From contig CAZJOV010000001.1 in the NCBI GenBank assembly GCA_964547735.1, positions 5,789-69,788 of the forward strand: a DNA stretch of 64,000 nt, given 5' to 3'. Shown here piece after piece: positions 1 to 10,799 of the stretch; positions within the stretch are counted from its first letter, which is position 1, and each line of letters begins with the position of its first letter. The stretch comes from an uncultured Planctomycetia bacterium. GTDB taxonomy: Bacteria > Omnitrophota > Gorgyraeia > Duberdicusellales > 4484-171. The position numbers were made by a program, and so were the translations under genes. Below the pieces are notes generated by a model. The model was not told where the DNA came from and did no database searches. It saw only the letters and a program-made list of their open reading frames with translations.

Positions 1-481
1 CCTCAACAATAACACCGTCAAGTTCATTTATCACCTTATGCACATTTTTCAATATTTTCTGATTTAATGCTAAGGAAAGAATTTCTCTTGATTCCCAATC
101 AACCCTTATCACCTGCTGGTGAGTAGCAACTACCCTTGTTTTTATTGTGGTAGGTCTTAACTTGTCTTTAATTACCAAATCGGTATTAATTTTCTTCCTT
201 TTAATTATCTCTATCAGTTTCTTTCCAAATTCATCATCACCTATTACCCCACATAAATATACTTTTGCTCCTAAAGAAACTAAATTATTGGCTACATTTA
301 CCGCTCCTCCCCCTAAAAAATTTTCTCTATTTGCCCACACAATCGGAACCGGTGCTTCAGGAGAAATTCTTTCTGCTTGTCCAAAAATATAATGGTCTAA
401 AATTAGGTCTCCAACAACAAGAACCTTTTTATCTTTAAATTTTTTAATCACCCTTTTTAGTTTTTCTTTTCTTACCTGCAT
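1..481 (-). CDS. rfaE1: Heptose-7-phosphate kinase, RfaE/HldE domain I (PfkB family); 3' end runs off the window
   Basis: Manual translation from ATG 481: MQVRKEKLKRVIKKFKDKKVLVVGDLILDHYIFGQAERISPEAPVPIV...GGGAVNVANN...RPTTIKTRVVATHQQVIRVDWE. Not in ORF track. Confidence 0.9.
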   Translation of the reverse strand, partial: MQVRKEKLKRVIKKFKDKKVLVVGDLILDHYIFGQAERISPEAPVPIVWANRENFLGGGAVNVANNLVSLGAKVYLCGVIGDDEFGKKLIEIIKRKKINTDLVIKDKLRPTTIKTRVVATHQQVIRVDWESREILSLALNQKILKNVHKVINELDGVIVE

Positions 482-490
482 TTAGGTTGT

Positions 491-518
491 ATTTTATCAC
501 AGAAAAAGGAAGGAGCAA
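491..518 (-). promoter_or_regulatory. Putative sigma70 promoter for rfaE1
   Basis: TTGCTC-16 nt-TAAAAT with TG extension, 9 nt before ATG. Confidence 0.55.
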
Positions 519-531
519 ATTAAAATTTATG

Positions 532-560
532 TTGTAATTAACTTTAATAGATGTTAAAAT
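532..560 (+). promoter_or_regulatory. Putative sigma70 promoter for the tRNA-binding protein gene
   Basis: TTGTAA-17 nt-TAAAAT with TG extension. Confidence 0.55.
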
Positions 561-578
561 TCTAACAGTAAAAGTCAA

Positions 579-899
579 ATGATTAGCTTTGAGGAATTCT
601 CTAAATTGGATTTAAGAATTGGCAGGATTTTAGAGGTTCAAGATATTGAAGGAAAAGATAAATTATATCTTCTCAAAGTAGATATTGGTGAAGAAATAAT
701 CCAAGTTGTTGCCGGGATAAAAGCTTTTTATAAAAAGGAAGAGCTACTCAATAAATTAATTGTTGTCTTGGTCAATTTAGAACCTAAAAAAATCGCGGGG
801 ATAAACTCTTGCGGAATGCTTCTTGCAGCAGTAAAGAATGATAAATTAACTCTTATCGGCCCTTATCAAGAAATAGAGGCAGGAAGTAAGATTAGATAA
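579..899 (+). CDS. Stand-alone tRNA-binding OB-fold protein (MetRS beta-subunit/Trbp111/CsaA family)
   Basis: ISFEEFSKLDLRIG...DKLYLLKVDIG...QVVAGI...VNLEPKKIAGINSCGMLLAA. Confidence 0.9.
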   Translation: MISFEEFSKLDLRIGRILEVQDIEGKDKLYLLKVDIGEEIIQVVAGIKAFYKKEELLNKLIVVLVNLEPKKIAGINSCGMLLAAVKNDKLTLIGPYQEIEAGSKIR

Positions 900-1235
900 T
901 AAATGAGGTATTTCTAAATTAAAATGTCCTGTCTGGGGATGGTTAAATAAGATGCTATCTAAAAAAATAAAATTATTTTCAAAATTAGCTCCCCGAATAG
1001 AAAGATCCTGCTGAATTCCAAAATCATTTCTTTTCTTTAAATCCAAGAAAGAAAAATATTCCAAGATCTCTTGAGGTTCCTGGAAAATAAAACTTTCTTT
1101 CTCTCTCTCAAAATAGAAACTTTTCTCTATCCTGATGGGAGGCAACTCAATCCATTGAGAAGAGTAAGCAGAGAAGAAGCAAGAAAATAATAAAACTCCT
1201 GCTGATACCCTTTTTAGAGGATTTATTCTCACCAA
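846..1235 (-). pseudogene. Truncated TonB-dependent receptor (signal peptide plus partial plug domain)
   Basis: DLKKRNDFGIQQDLSIRGANFE...LDSI.FNHPQTGHFNLEIP plug motif; similarity stops near 905; no beta-barrel. Confidence 0.7.
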
Positions 1236-2182
1236 AAAATTTTGAAATTCTGCTGAAAAATTTGTGGATGAGAAATCTTCTCTATCTTCCCATCATCTTT
1301 TTTAATAAGCAAGTATCCACACTTATCTAAAGCAAAAGCTTCTCCTTCAACTTTTTGATTACCAGAAATAGCCACTACTCTTCTGCCTAAGGTAACATTA
1401 AATCCTTTCCACTTCTCTAAAATAAGAAAACTTTCCTTTTTAAAAAGAACATAATTTCTCTCTGTGCTCTCAAGTATTTTTTTAAAAAAATCAACACGAT
1501 TTATCTTTCTTCCCAAAAACTCTTTTAAAGATATCCCACAGGAAGGTAGCTCTTTCCTCTCGTTATTTATATTAATCCCCGCACCGGCCACAATAAATAT
1601 AAATTCTCCTCTTTTATAACCTTCTATTAAAACTCCACCAACTTTTTTATCTGCTAACAATAAATCATTGGGCCATTTTATTCCCACTTTTATACCAAAA
1701 GCATCATCTATTGCCTCAGCTATACTTACCGATAAAAGCAAACTTATGAGGCTAAACTTATAAGAAACTTCTGGTTTAAGAATTAACGAAAAATAAATAC
1801 CTTTATAAGGAAAAGAAAGCCATCTTCTCCCCTCTCTCCCCCTCCCTTTGCTTTGACCTTCAGCAACTATTATTGTTCCCTCCCCTTCATAAAATTTTTC
1901 AAAGGCAATATCTTGAGTAGATTCTACATTTTCAAAATAATAAATTTTTCTTCCCAGAATCTGTGTACTTAAATTATATTTAATCTCCCAAGGAAACAAT
2001 CTATCCGGAGAAGATATCAAATAGTATCCTAAATAAGAATCTTCCTCAATTTGATAGCCTAAATTTTTTAGTTTTAATAAACACTCCTCTAATTGATTAA
2101 AAGAAATATTAAGTTGGGCGGTTAATCTTTGAGGGGGTATATATTTTTTTTCTTTTAATAACCTTAAGACTTCTCTCCACAT
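1229..2182 (-). CDS. birA: Bifunctional biotin--protein ligase/repressor
   Basis: N-terminal HTH, AEGQSKGRGREGRRW, KWPND, KKVGGVLIE. Confidence 0.95.
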   Translation of the reverse strand: MWREVLRLLKEKKYIPPQRLTAQLNISFNQLEECLLKLKNLGYQIEEDSYLGYYLISSPDRLFPWEIKYNLSTQILGRKIYYFENVESTQDIAFEKFYEGEGTIIVAEGQSKGRGREGRRWLSFPYKGIYFSLILKPEVSYKFSLISLLLSVSIAEAIDDAFGIKVGIKWPNDLLLADKKVGGVLIEGYKRGEFIFIVAGAGININNERKELPSCGISLKEFLGRKINRVDFFKKILESTERNYVLFKKESFLILEKWKGFNVTLGRRVVAISGNQKVEGEAFALDKCGYLLIKKDDGKIEKISHPQIFQQNFKIFW

Positions 2183-2901
2183 TATTGAGAGTTACAAAAT
2201 TTTTTTGCTTCCTCAAAATCTATCCTTCCTTCATATAGAGCTTTCCCCAAAATTACCCCTTTAATAAAAGAAGCTTCTTTTTTAATTAACTCTAAATCTC
2301 CTAAATCTTTAACCCCTCCTCCAATAACAAAAAAAATTTCTTTAAATGAAGATAATTTCTTTATTTTCTCAATATTTATCCCTTTAAGTGTGCCGTCTCT
2401 TAAAATATCTGTATAAATTACATGTTTTACGCCTTTCTCCTCCAAAAAATGAATAAATTCTAAATAATCAATCTCTGTTCTTTTCTTCCATCCCTCACAA
2501 CTTACTTTTTCTCCAGAAACATCAACGCTAACTGCTACTTTTTCTCCACATAAATTTATTACCTTCTTTAAAAACCTCTCCTCTAATGCTTTTGTCCCAA
2601 TCACCACTCTTTCTGCTCCCCAGGCAAGGAGCTTCTCAATCTTTCCTAAATCTCTTATGCCACCTGCCACCTGAGACTTAATTTTTAATTTAAGAATTTC
2701 CTCTATCACTTCTAAATTATTTCCTTCTCCCAAAGATGCATTTAAATCTACTATATGAATTAAGGAAGCTCCCCTCTCCTGCCACATTTTAGCAACCTCA
2801 CAAGGATTCTGGAAATATACTTTCTTTCTCTCCTTTCTCCCCTGATAGAGTCGCACTACTTTACCATCTAAAATATCAATTGCCGGAACAAGAAGCATCA
2901 A
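2182..2901 (-). CDS. hisA: ProFAR isomerase
   Basis: PAIDILDGKVVRLYQG, HIVDL, GGIR, YTDI.RDGTL.G. Confidence 0.95.
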   Translation of the reverse strand: MMLLVPAIDILDGKVVRLYQGRKERKKVYFQNPCEVAKMWQERGASLIHIVDLNASLGEGNNLEVIEEILKLKIKSQVAGGIRDLGKIEKLLAWGAERVVIGTKALEERFLKKVINLCGEKVAVSVDVSGEKVSCEGWKKRTEIDYLEFIHFLEEKGVKHVIYTDILRDGTLKGINIEKIKKLSSFKEIFFVIGGGVKDLGDLELIKKEASFIKGVILGKALYEGRIDFEEAKKFCNSQ

Positions 2902-3479
2902 TCAAATTTTGCTTTTGTTGTGGGAAGGATAGAATCTTCTTTTTTAATTGCCTCCTTAAGAGCCAAAGCGATTGCTTTTGTTGATGCCTCCAGTATATGA
3001 TGCAAATCCTCTCCTTCCAGTATATCTAGATGAAGAGCAATCTTTGCGTTATCTGTAAATGCTTTCCAGAACTGTTTAAAGTGAAGAAATGAATAAGTAG
3101 CTTTATATACACGAATATTTTTTGGCTTAATTTTAAAAAAAGGCCTTCCTCCTAAATCTACTACACATCTGGTCAGTGTCTCATCCATACAAATGAAACT
3201 GTGAGAAAATCTCTTTATACCTCTTTTATCTCCCAAGGCTTCAAGGAATGCCCTGCCCAAACAAATCCCTATATCCTCATTAGTATGATGAACATCAACT
3301 TCAATATCTCCTCTTGCTTTCACTTCCAAATCAAACCTGCCATGTAAGGAAAAAGAGGAAAGTAGATGATTTAAGAAACCAACCCCTGTATCAATCTTAC
3401 AATTTCCTTTACCTTTTAAACTAAGAACTAACTTTATCTCTACCTCCTTGGTCTTTCTCTCTATTTTTACCTTTCTCAT
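2898..3479 (-). CDS. hisB: Imidazoleglycerol-phosphate dehydratase
   Basis: DVHHTNED, MDE, DLHHILEA. Confidence 0.95.
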   Translation of the reverse strand: MRKVKIERKTKEVEIKLVLSLKGKGNCKIDTGVGFLNHLLSSFSLHGRFDLEVKARGDIEVDVHHTNEDIGICLGRAFLEALGDKRGIKRFSHSFICMDETLTRCVVDLGGRPFFKIKPKNIRVYKATYSFLHFKQFWKAFTDNAKIALHLDILEGEDLHHILEASTKAIALALKEAIKKEDSILPTTKAKFD

Positions 3480-4697
3480 TTAACTCAACCTCCTTTTAAC
3501 GCTCTCCATATGTTTCTTCATCCCTTCCAAAGAAGCTAATTTCAAAAGCGCTACTGATTCCTTTTGTAAGGCTTTTTTGGTATAACTTACAAAATGAATC
3601 TCTTTTAAAAAGTCCTCCACGCTTAATCCTGAAGAAAATCTGGCTGAACCTTGTGTGGGAAGAACGTGACTAGGCCCAGCAAGATAATCCCCCAAAGCGG
3701 TAGGAGTATTCTCCCCTAAAAATACCGCCCCTGCATTCTCGATTTTTTTAAGTAAAGACTTGGGATTTTTAGCAAAAATTTCAATGTGTTCAGGAGCAAT
3801 AATATTAGCCACCTTAACCGCCTCTTCCAAATTCCTTACTCTTACCACAAACCCATTCAATTTTTTCCTTCTCAGGCTATTGGCAATTTTTTTAGAAGTA
3901 GTCACCACCATAACTAAACCTTTATAATGCTCTGCCTGTGCTTCCAAATCAGAAAGGATATAATCTAAATTTGCGTTTTTAGAGGCAATAATTAAAACCT
4001 CAGATGGCCCCGCTAAAAGGTCTATATCCACCTCTCCAAAGACCTGTCTTTTCGCTTCTACTACATATTCGTTTCCTGGCCCAACAATTTTATCTACCTT
4101 TTTTATTGTCTTTGTCCCATAGGCCAAAACAGCAATAGCTTGTGCTCCTCCAATCTTATAAATCTCTTTTATCTTCAACATCGCCGCGGTAGCAAGAATA
4201 AAGGGATTAATTGATTTTTCTTTTGTTGGAGGAGAAACCAATACTATCTCTTTAACTCCGGCTACTTCTGCTGGAATTGCACACATATATACCGAAGAGA
4301 CTAAAGGAGCGCTTCCGGCAGGAACATATATCCCTATTCTTTTTAAAGGCACAAATTTTGTTCCCAAAACTTTCCCATCTTCTCTTTTTATTCTTATGGA
4401 TTTAGGAAGTAATGCCTTCTGAAACTTTGTAATATTTTCAATTGCTGTCTTTATGGCTGAGATTATTTCTGAATTCAACTCATTAAAAGCAGCACTAATC
4501 TCTGTCTCGCTCACTCTTAAATCTTTAATTTTCAGTTTCACCTTATCAAATCTTTGGGTGTATTCTATAACTGCCTCATCTCCCCTTTCTCTTACTTCTT
4601 TTAAAATTTTTGCTACCTGCTCTACTGTCTGTTTTCTTCTCTCACGTTTTTTGGCAATAATTCTTTCTAAGTTGGTTAAATTTTTTAAGATCTGCAT
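3480..4697 (-). CDS. hisD: Histidinol dehydrogenase
   Basis: [46 protein letters not shown]. Confidence 0.95.
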   Translation of the reverse strand: MQILKNLTNLERIIAKKRERRKQTVEQVAKILKEVRERGDEAVIEYTQRFDKVKLKIKDLRVSETEISAAFNELNSEIISAIKTAIENITKFQKALLPKSIRIKREDGKVLGTKFVPLKRIGIYVPAGSAPLVSSVYMCAIPAEVAGVKEIVLVSPPTKEKSINPFILATAAMLKIKEIYKIGGAQAIAVLAYGTKTIKKVDKIVGPGNEYVVEAKRQVFGEVDIDLLAGPSEVLIIASKNANLDYILSDLEAQAEHYKGLVMVVTTSKKIANSLRRKKLNGFVVRVRNLEEAVKVANIIAPEHIEIFAKNPKSLLKKIENAGAVFLGENTPTALGDYLAGPSHVLPTQGSARFSSGLSVEDFLKEIHFVSYTKKALQKESVALLKLASLEGMKKHMESVKRRLS

Positions 4698-7303
4698 TTT
4701 TTAAGAAAATCCTTAAGAGATTCTTTTATCTCTGTTTTATAAAAGACAATATCCTCTATCTTTTTTATAATGACCCCTTGGGAAAGATGGGATTTGCCTC
4801 CCCCTCTTAGATTGAGTTTCTCCTTATATTGAGAGATAAATTTCTGGGCAGAAAATCCTTTTTCTACTAAATCGGGGGTTACAGAAAAAATAAAAACATT
4901 ACCTCGGGAAGTAGAATTTATCAAAAAGAATAAGGATTTTTTCTGCCGTTCCCTTAAAGTATCGCTTAAAAGAAAAAGATAATCGATATTCTTCCCCGCC
5001 AGCCATAGGTACAAAAAGCCAATCTCACCTTCTCCCAGAGGCTCAAGGTGCTTCTCCAAAAATTTATCTGCCTCATAAGAAACCAAAGTTTTTTCTAAAC
5101 TTTTCATTTTTTTCTTTGTTTCTTCCAAATCCTTACAAATTTCATTTATCTTGGAGAAAATATCTCTCTCTTTAATATTAAATAATTTGGCTATCTCTTT
5201 TAGGGTATATTTATAGGAAAATACTGACTCTTGAGCAAACCTCCCCACCACAGCTTCTATTCTTCTTACCCCACTGCTTACAGAAGATTCTGAAGTTATA
5301 GAAAATAAAGCTATCTTATTGGTATTATCTACATGTGTCCCACCACATAGCTCTTTACTGTAATCAGAAATACTTACTACTCTTACCTGATCTTCGTATT
5401 TCTCCTCAAAAAAAGCCAAAGCTTTTTCTTTTTTTGCTTCCTTAAAAGGAACAATTTTTGTCTCTACTTTATCGCCTCGTAAAATAAACTCATTAACTAA
5501 TTTTTCAACCTTTTCCAATTCATCTTCTTTTAATGCCTGAAAATGAGAAAAATCAAATCTTAATCTATCAGTATCTACTAAAGAACCCTGTTGAGTCACA
5601 TGAGTTCCTAATACTTTTCTTAATGCTGTCTGCAGAAGATGGGTTGCGGTATGTGCTCTTTTAAGGGCCTCTCTTCTATCTTTATTCACAACAAGAAAAG
5701 CTTTATCTTTGCTAATTTTCCCTTTCTTTACTTTCCCTTTATGAAGAATCGTCTCATTAATCTTTTCTACCTTCTCTACCTCAAATACTCCCTCCCTAGT
5801 TTTAATCTCCCCCCGATCGGAAAGCTGACCTCCTGATTCAGGATAGAATACTGTTCTCTCCAGAATAACTACTCCTTCCTCATTCTCCTCCAAAACATCT
5901 TTTTCCTGATTATCTTTTGCTAATTTGATAATCTCTGCCTCCAAGGTAAATTGATCGTATCCTACAAATTCTGTTTTTACCCCCCAAGAGGAGGAAAAAG
6001 AAAATATCTCCTTGGCGATTTTACTTTTTTCTTGAGAAAGAAGACGTCTTTCCTCCAGCTGCTTTTCAAATCCTTCCTCATCTATCTTCACATTTTCCAG
6101 AGATGCTAACTCTTTTATAATCTCTAAAGGAACACCATAAGTATCATAAAGTTTAAATACATCTTCTCCTTTTATTACTTTATCTTTATTTAGATTCTCT
6201 AACAGTACAGTAAATCTCGCCTTACCTTCCTCAAGAACAACCAAGAATCTTTCCTCTTCAGCTAAAATAACTGAAGCTATATCTTCTTTTTTATCTTCAA
6301 CCTCAGGATAAGCATCTTTCATTAAATCTGCATAAAGAGAAACTAATTTATAAAGAAAAGGCTTTCTTTTCCCTAATCTAAATCCATAATATAAAGCTTT
6401 GCGAATAAGCTTTCTTATTATGTAACCCCTTTCCTCATTAGAAGGAAAAACACCATCACAAATAGCAAAAGTAACTGCACGAACGTGATCTGCAATTGCA
6501 TAGATAAAAGATAAATTTTGTGAAGATAATAGTTCCTGAATAAACTCTACTACCGGATGAAAAATATCAATCTGGAAATTGTTTTCTTTATTTTGAAGAA
6601 CAGAGGCGATTCTCTCCAGTCCCATTCCTGTATCAATGTTCTTCTGAATTAAGGGAACCAGCCTACCCTTTTGATAATTAAATTGGGTAAAAACTAAATT
6701 CCAAACTTCAACAAAACGACCACAGGAACAGGCAGGTGAACAATTCTTCCTTCTGCATCCATAACTCTCTCCTTTATCAAAAAAAATCTCTGAGCAAGGA
6801 CCGCAGGGACCTTCAGGGCCTCTAAGGGGAGCATTTGCCGGCCAAAAGTTTTTATCCATCCCTAATTTAACTATTTTTTCTCTAGATACACCAATATAAT
6901 CTTTCCATAAAGAAAAAGCCTCCTCATCATCTTGGTATACAGAAATCCATAAACGCTCCTGAGGCAAATTTAAAACCTTTGTAAGAAATTCCCAGGCAAA
7001 TTCTATAGCCTCTTTTTTGAAATAATCACCAAAAGAAAAATTCCCCAACATCTCAAAAAAAGTATGATGGAAAGGGGTTCTGCCCACCTCTCTTAAATCA
7101 TCAGTGCGCAAACACTTCTGACAGCTGGCAGCTCTTTTTACCCCTTTCTTCTCTCCCAAAAAGTAAGGTTTAAACTGCTGCATTCCTGCAGAAGTAAAAA
7201 GAGAACTTTTCTCCTGAGGAACTAAAGAATCGGAAGGAAAAATTTTATGGTTTTTTTCTTTAAAAAAATTTAAAAAACTTTCTCTAATCCTGGCTGTCTT
7301 CAT
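4685..7303 (-). CDS. alaS: Alanine--tRNA ligase
   Basis: LFTSAGMQQFK, HHTFFEMLGNFSFGDYFK, HTATHLL, ELCGGTHV. Confidence 0.98.
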   Translation of the reverse strand: MKTARIRESFLNFFKEKNHKIFPSDSLVPQEKSSLFTSAGMQQFKPYFLGEKKGVKRAASCQKCLRTDDLREVGRTPFHHTFFEMLGNFSFGDYFKKEAIEFAWEFLTKVLNLPQERLWISVYQDDEEAFSLWKDYIGVSREKIVKLGMDKNFWPANAPLRGPEGPCGPCSEIFFDKGESYGCRRKNCSPACSCGRFVEVWNLVFTQFNYQKGRLVPLIQKNIDTGMGLERIASVLQNKENNFQIDIFHPVVEFIQELLSSQNLSFIYAIADHVRAVTFAICDGVFPSNEERGYIIRKLIRKALYYGFRLGKRKPFLYKLVSLYADLMKDAYPEVEDKKEDIASVILAEEERFLVVLEEGKARFTVLLENLNKDKVIKGEDVFKLYDTYGVPLEIIKELASLENVKIDEEGFEKQLEERRLLSQEKSKIAKEIFSFSSSWGVKTEFVGYDQFTLEAEIIKLAKDNQEKDVLEENEEGVVILERTVFYPESGGQLSDRGEIKTREGVFEVEKVEKINETILHKGKVKKGKISKDKAFLVVNKDRREALKRAHTATHLLQTALRKVLGTHVTQQGSLVDTDRLRFDFSHFQALKEDELEKVEKLVNEFILRGDKVETKIVPFKEAKKEKALAFFEEKYEDQVRVVSISDYSKELCGGTHVDNTNKIALFSITSESSVSSGVRRIEAVVGRFAQESVFSYKYTLKEIAKLFNIKERDIFSKINEICKDLEETKKKMKSLEKTLVSYEADKFLEKHLEPLGEGEIGFLYLWLAGKNIDYLFLLSDTLRERQKKSLFFLINSTSRGNVFIFSVTPDLVEKGFSAQKFISQYKEKLNLRGGGKSHLSQGVIIKKIEDIVFYKTEIKESLKDFLKKCRS

Positions 7304-7724
7304 AGGCTTTCTCTATCTGAGAATAACTAAATCCATGCTCAAAAAGATAACGAAAAATTTTTTCTTTTGTTTTCTTCTTTTTAAGTCGAGCAATTAATTC
7401 TTTAAGAATCTTTTGTGTATCTATTTTCTCTTCCACTTGTGCAATTGCTTCTTCAATCAGTGAAGGCTCTATCCCTAATCTTCTTAATTGAAAAGAAATA
7501 ACTTTCTTTCCGAAACCATGAGAAAATTTCTCTTCTGCATATTTTAAAGCGAACCTTTTATCATCTATTAGACTGTTTTTTTTAAGATACTGAATAACTT
7601 CTTCAATTACAGAAGAAGAAAATTTTTTCCTTCTTAACCGTATCTCCATCTCCCTATTACTTCTTTCTCTATATTTTAAAAGTAGAAAAGAATAACGCAA
7701 AGCTTTATGGAATTCCTCTTTCAA
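7284..7724 (-). CDS. recX: Regulatory protein RecX
   Basis: LLKYRERS..EM..RL, LIDDKRFA, YLFEHGFSY; close to recA. Confidence 0.85.
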   Translation of the reverse strand: MKEEFHKALRYSFLLLKYRERSNREMEIRLRRKKFSSSVIEEVIQYLKKNSLIDDKRFALKYAEEKFSHGFGKKVISFQLRRLGIEPSLIEEAIAQVEEKIDTQKILKELIARLKKKKTKEKIFRYLFEHGFSYSQIEKAYEDSQD

Positions 7725-9122
7725 TTATTTTTCTTTAATAACAAAATACCCTCTATTTGTCTTAATCAAACAATTCCCTTTCACCTTAGAAGTTATTCTC
7801 TTAAAATCTTCCTTATCTTTTACTCTTTCTCCTTCCACTTTTAAAATTACATCTCCTATCTCAAGACCACTCTTTTCTGCGGGGGAATCGGATTCAATAT
7901 CCACTATCACAACGCCTCCATTTTCTTCAATTTTATATTTTCTTTTAAGATAAGGAGTCAAATCTTCCACTTTTAACCCTCTAAATTCATATCCTTCCTC
8001 TTCATAATATGTTAATTTTTCTATATCTTCGGGTCTTTTTCCTACTTTTACTCTAATCTCTCGTTTTCTCCCCGAACGCAAGATAGTCAAAGTAATAACC
8101 TCTCCTACTGGAGTTGCCGTCACCATTCTTACCAGTTCCCGAGAAGCTTTAATTTTTTGATGGTTAAATTCTAAGATTAAATCACCCTCTTTTATTCCTG
8201 CTTTCTGAGCAGGAGATTTTTTAAAGACTTTAACCACAATCACCCCTTTTCTTTCTTTTATCCCAAAATAACTTCGTAAGTCCTCATTTAAATCTTGAAT
8301 GCTTATCCCCAACCATCCATAAAGAATCTTCTCTCCTCGAATAAGCCTTCCTAAAACTCTCTTTGCTTTATTTATAGGGATGGCAAATCCTATCCCCTCA
8401 TATCCTCCACTGGTAGTAATAATGGCTACATTTATTCCAATAATTTTACCATTCAAATCTACAAGAGGTCCGCCACTATTTCCCGGGTTTATCGCTGCAT
8501 CTGTTTGAATCAAATCATCATATGTGCGTTCTCTTCTTCTTAAGCGAGGAAGATATCTGTGTAAAGCACTAATTACTCCTACCGTAACTGTAGGCTCGGG
8601 GTTCTCAATAGCAAACCCGAAAGGATTCCCTATAGCTAAAACCCACTGACCGATCTTAAGATTATCGGAATCTCCCAGCTCCGCTACAGGAAGATTGTGA
8701 GCATCTATCTTTATCACTGCCAAATCAGTCCTTTTGTCTATCCCTTTAAGTTTAGCATTAAACTCTCTTCCATCAGATAACTTAACTTTAATCTGTGTTG
8801 CTCCTCTGACGACATGTTCATTAGTAAGAATGTATCCTTCTCTATCAATAATTACCCCGCTTCCTAAACCCACTCTTTTATATTCTCGCTCCGGAAACTC
8901 TCCAAAAAATTCCTCAAAAAAACGACGAAAGAACTCATCCTCAAAAGGAGATTCAAATCTCCACCCTCCAATTTTTTCTTTCACTACTGTACTTATAGAT
9001 ACCACTGCTTTCCCTACTTTCTCAGCAACATTAATAGTTGCTTTCTCCAAATTTTCTATCCCTTGAGCAGAAGCGGAAAAAATAAAAAAACAACTCAACC
9101 ACATAAAAATACACTTTTTCAT
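7725..9122 (-). CDS. degP: DegP/Do-family periplasmic serine protease with two PDZ domains
   Basis: Signal peptide, GSGVII, LTNEHVV, DLAVIK, IQTDAAINPGNSGGPL. Confidence 0.92.
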   Translation of the reverse strand: MKKCIFMWLSCFFIFSASAQGIENLEKATINVAEKVGKAVVSISTVVKEKIGGWRFESPFEDEFFRRFFEEFFGEFPEREYKRVGLGSGVIIDREGYILTNEHVVRGATQIKVKLSDGREFNAKLKGIDKRTDLAVIKIDAHNLPVAELGDSDNLKIGQWVLAIGNPFGFAIENPEPTVTVGVISALHRYLPRLRRRERTYDDLIQTDAAINPGNSGGPLVDLNGKIIGINVAIITTSGGYEGIGFAIPINKAKRVLGRLIRGEKILYGWLGISIQDLNEDLRSYFGIKERKGVIVVKVFKKSPAQKAGIKEGDLILEFNHQKIKASRELVRMVTATPVGEVITLTILRSGRKREIRVKVGKRPEDIEKLTYYEEEGYEFRGLKVEDLTPYLKRKYKIEENGGVVIVDIESDSPAEKSGLEIGDVILKVEGERVKDKEDFKRITSKVKGNCLIKTNRGYFVIKEK

Positions 9123-9131
9123 CTTTCCTCC

Positions 9132-10136
9132 TTACTTTATTAAGGAAAACACTTCTTTCTCTATCTCCTCCTTAAGTTTCATATCCTCTTTTAAGACTCT
9201 TCTTAAGGACTCCTTTCCTTGAGCCAAATTTTTATCTTTGTAGGAGAACCAACTCCCACTTTTTTTAATTATTCCGCTCTCCAATGCGGCATCAATTAAG
9301 GAAGTCTCATAAGAAATCCCTTCATCATATCTAATCTCAAAAACAGCTTCTTTAAAAGGAGGGGCGACTTTATTTTTTACTATCTTTGCTTTTATCCTTG
9401 CTCCTATTACTTTTCCTGAAGAATCTGTTATCGTAGCTATTTTACGCAAATCAATCCTTACCGAAGAATAAAATTTTAAAGCCCGACCTCCGGGAGTAAC
9501 CTCAGGAGAACCAAACATTACCCCAATCTTCTCCCTTATCTGGTTAATAAATATCACACAAGTCTTTGATTTACTTATTGCAGCAGTAAGTTTTCTTAAT
9601 GCCTGAGACATAAGACGCGCCTGAAGACCAATCTGAGCCTCCCCCATCTCTCCCTCAATCTCTGCACGCGGTGTCAATGCAGCAACTGAATCAATCACTA
9701 CTACATCCACAGCATTACTCCTTACCAGAGTTTCCACAATTTCTAAAGCCTGTTCTCCAGTATCCGGCTGAGAAACCAATAATTCATCTAAATTTATTCC
9801 TATAGTCTTTGCATAAGCAGGATCAAAGGCATGTTCGGCATCAACGAAAGCAGCTATCCCTTTATTTTTCTGCGCCTGGGCAATAATATTTAAAGTCAAA
9901 GTAGTCTTTCCACTCGACTCGGGGCCAAATACCTCAATTACTCTTCCACGAGGAAGCCCTCCTACTCCCAAAGCTTTATCCAGAAGAATAATCCCTGTAG
10001 AAATCGCCTCCACATCTAATCGTGTTGCTTCACCTAATCTCATTATTGCGCCCTTACCAAATTGTTTCTCTATCTGAGTAATCGCCAACTCTAAAGCTTT
10101 TTTCTTTGCTTCCCAATTATTCTTATTTTTCTCCAT
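9132..10136 (-). CDS. recA: Recombinase A
   Basis: [39 protein letters not shown]. Confidence 0.99.
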   Translation of the reverse strand: MEKNKNNWEAKKKALELAITQIEKQFGKGAIMRLGEATRLDVEAISTGIILLDKALGVGGLPRGRVIEVFGPESSGKTTLTLNIIAQAQKNKGIAAFVDAEHAFDPAYAKTIGINLDELLVSQPDTGEQALEIVETLVRSNAVDVVVIDSVAALTPRAEIEGEMGEAQIGLQARLMSQALRKLTAAISKSKTCVIFINQIREKIGVMFGSPEVTPGGRALKFYSSVRIDLRKIATITDSSGKVIGARIKAKIVKNKVAPPFKEAVFEIRYDEGISYETSLIDAALESGIIKKSGSWFSYKDKNLAQGKESLRRVLKEDMKLKEEIEKEVFSLIK

Positions 10137-10175
10137 AATAATACCTCCCTTATTTTCCTTATTTTAAGTATTTTA

Positions 10176-10203
10176 ATTATAATCTTAGCCGGAAAATTGT
10201 CAA
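10176..10203 (-). promoter_or_regulatory. Consensus sigma70 promoter for recA
   Basis: TTGACA-16 nt-TATAAT; SD GGGAGGT before the ATG. Confidence 0.8.
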
Positions 10204-10799
10204 AGCCTAAACTCTCTCCTTTTCATTAATCTTAAAATATTACTTCTATGCCTTAAAAGGATAAGGACAAAAATAAGAAAGGAAAAAGACTTAATCCCGT
10301 AAGGTAACCTGAAAAATAATGTAGAGACAAAAAAGGAAAAACTAGCCAGAAGAGAAGCTAAAGAGATAAAATGAAATCGAAAAAATACTACTCCCCAAAC
10401 CAGCAAGGCTATCAATAAAGGAAATAAAAGAAAAAAATACTTAAAAATTAACCCACAAATTGCTCCTAAGCTGGTAGAAACTCCTTTTCCTCCTTTAAAT
10501 TTTAAAAATATAGAGAAACTATGGCCACAAACAACCAAAATCGCACTAATCAGATAGATTCCTTCTTGAGAAGAGGGGTAAATAAGTAGAGTCAGATATA
10601 TCGCTAAAAATCCTTTTATAAAATCTAAAAAAAACACCAAAATTCCCCATTTTTTCCCTATTACTCTGGCGACATTGGTAGCTCCAATGTTTCCAGAACC
10701 AAATTTTCTTATATCTACATTTCTTACCACCTTTGCTATCCAGTAACCAAAAGGCAGACTTCCCAAAAGATAAGCAAGAAGAAAAACAAAAATAATCAT
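10200..10799 (-). CDS. plsY: Glycerol-3-phosphate acyltransferase PlsY
   Basis: AYLLGSLP, GSGNIGATNV.R, GH, FKGGKGV, RHRSNI.R; start set at ATG 10799 (ATGA overlap with upstream gene). Confidence 0.93.
   Translation of the reverse strand: MIIFVFLLAYLLGSLPFGYWIAKVVRNVDIRKFGSGNIGATNVARVIGKKWGILVFFLDFIKGFLAIYLTLLIYPSSQEGIYLISAILVVCGHSFSIFLKFKGGKGVSTSLGAICGLIFKYFFLLFPLLIALLVWGVVFFRFHFISLASLLASFSFFVSTLFFRLPYGIKSFSFLIFVLILLRHRSNILRLMKRREFRL

Noticed and set aside
147-392. + strand 81-aa ORF
   Set aside because: Antisense shadow of the rfaE1 kinase gene
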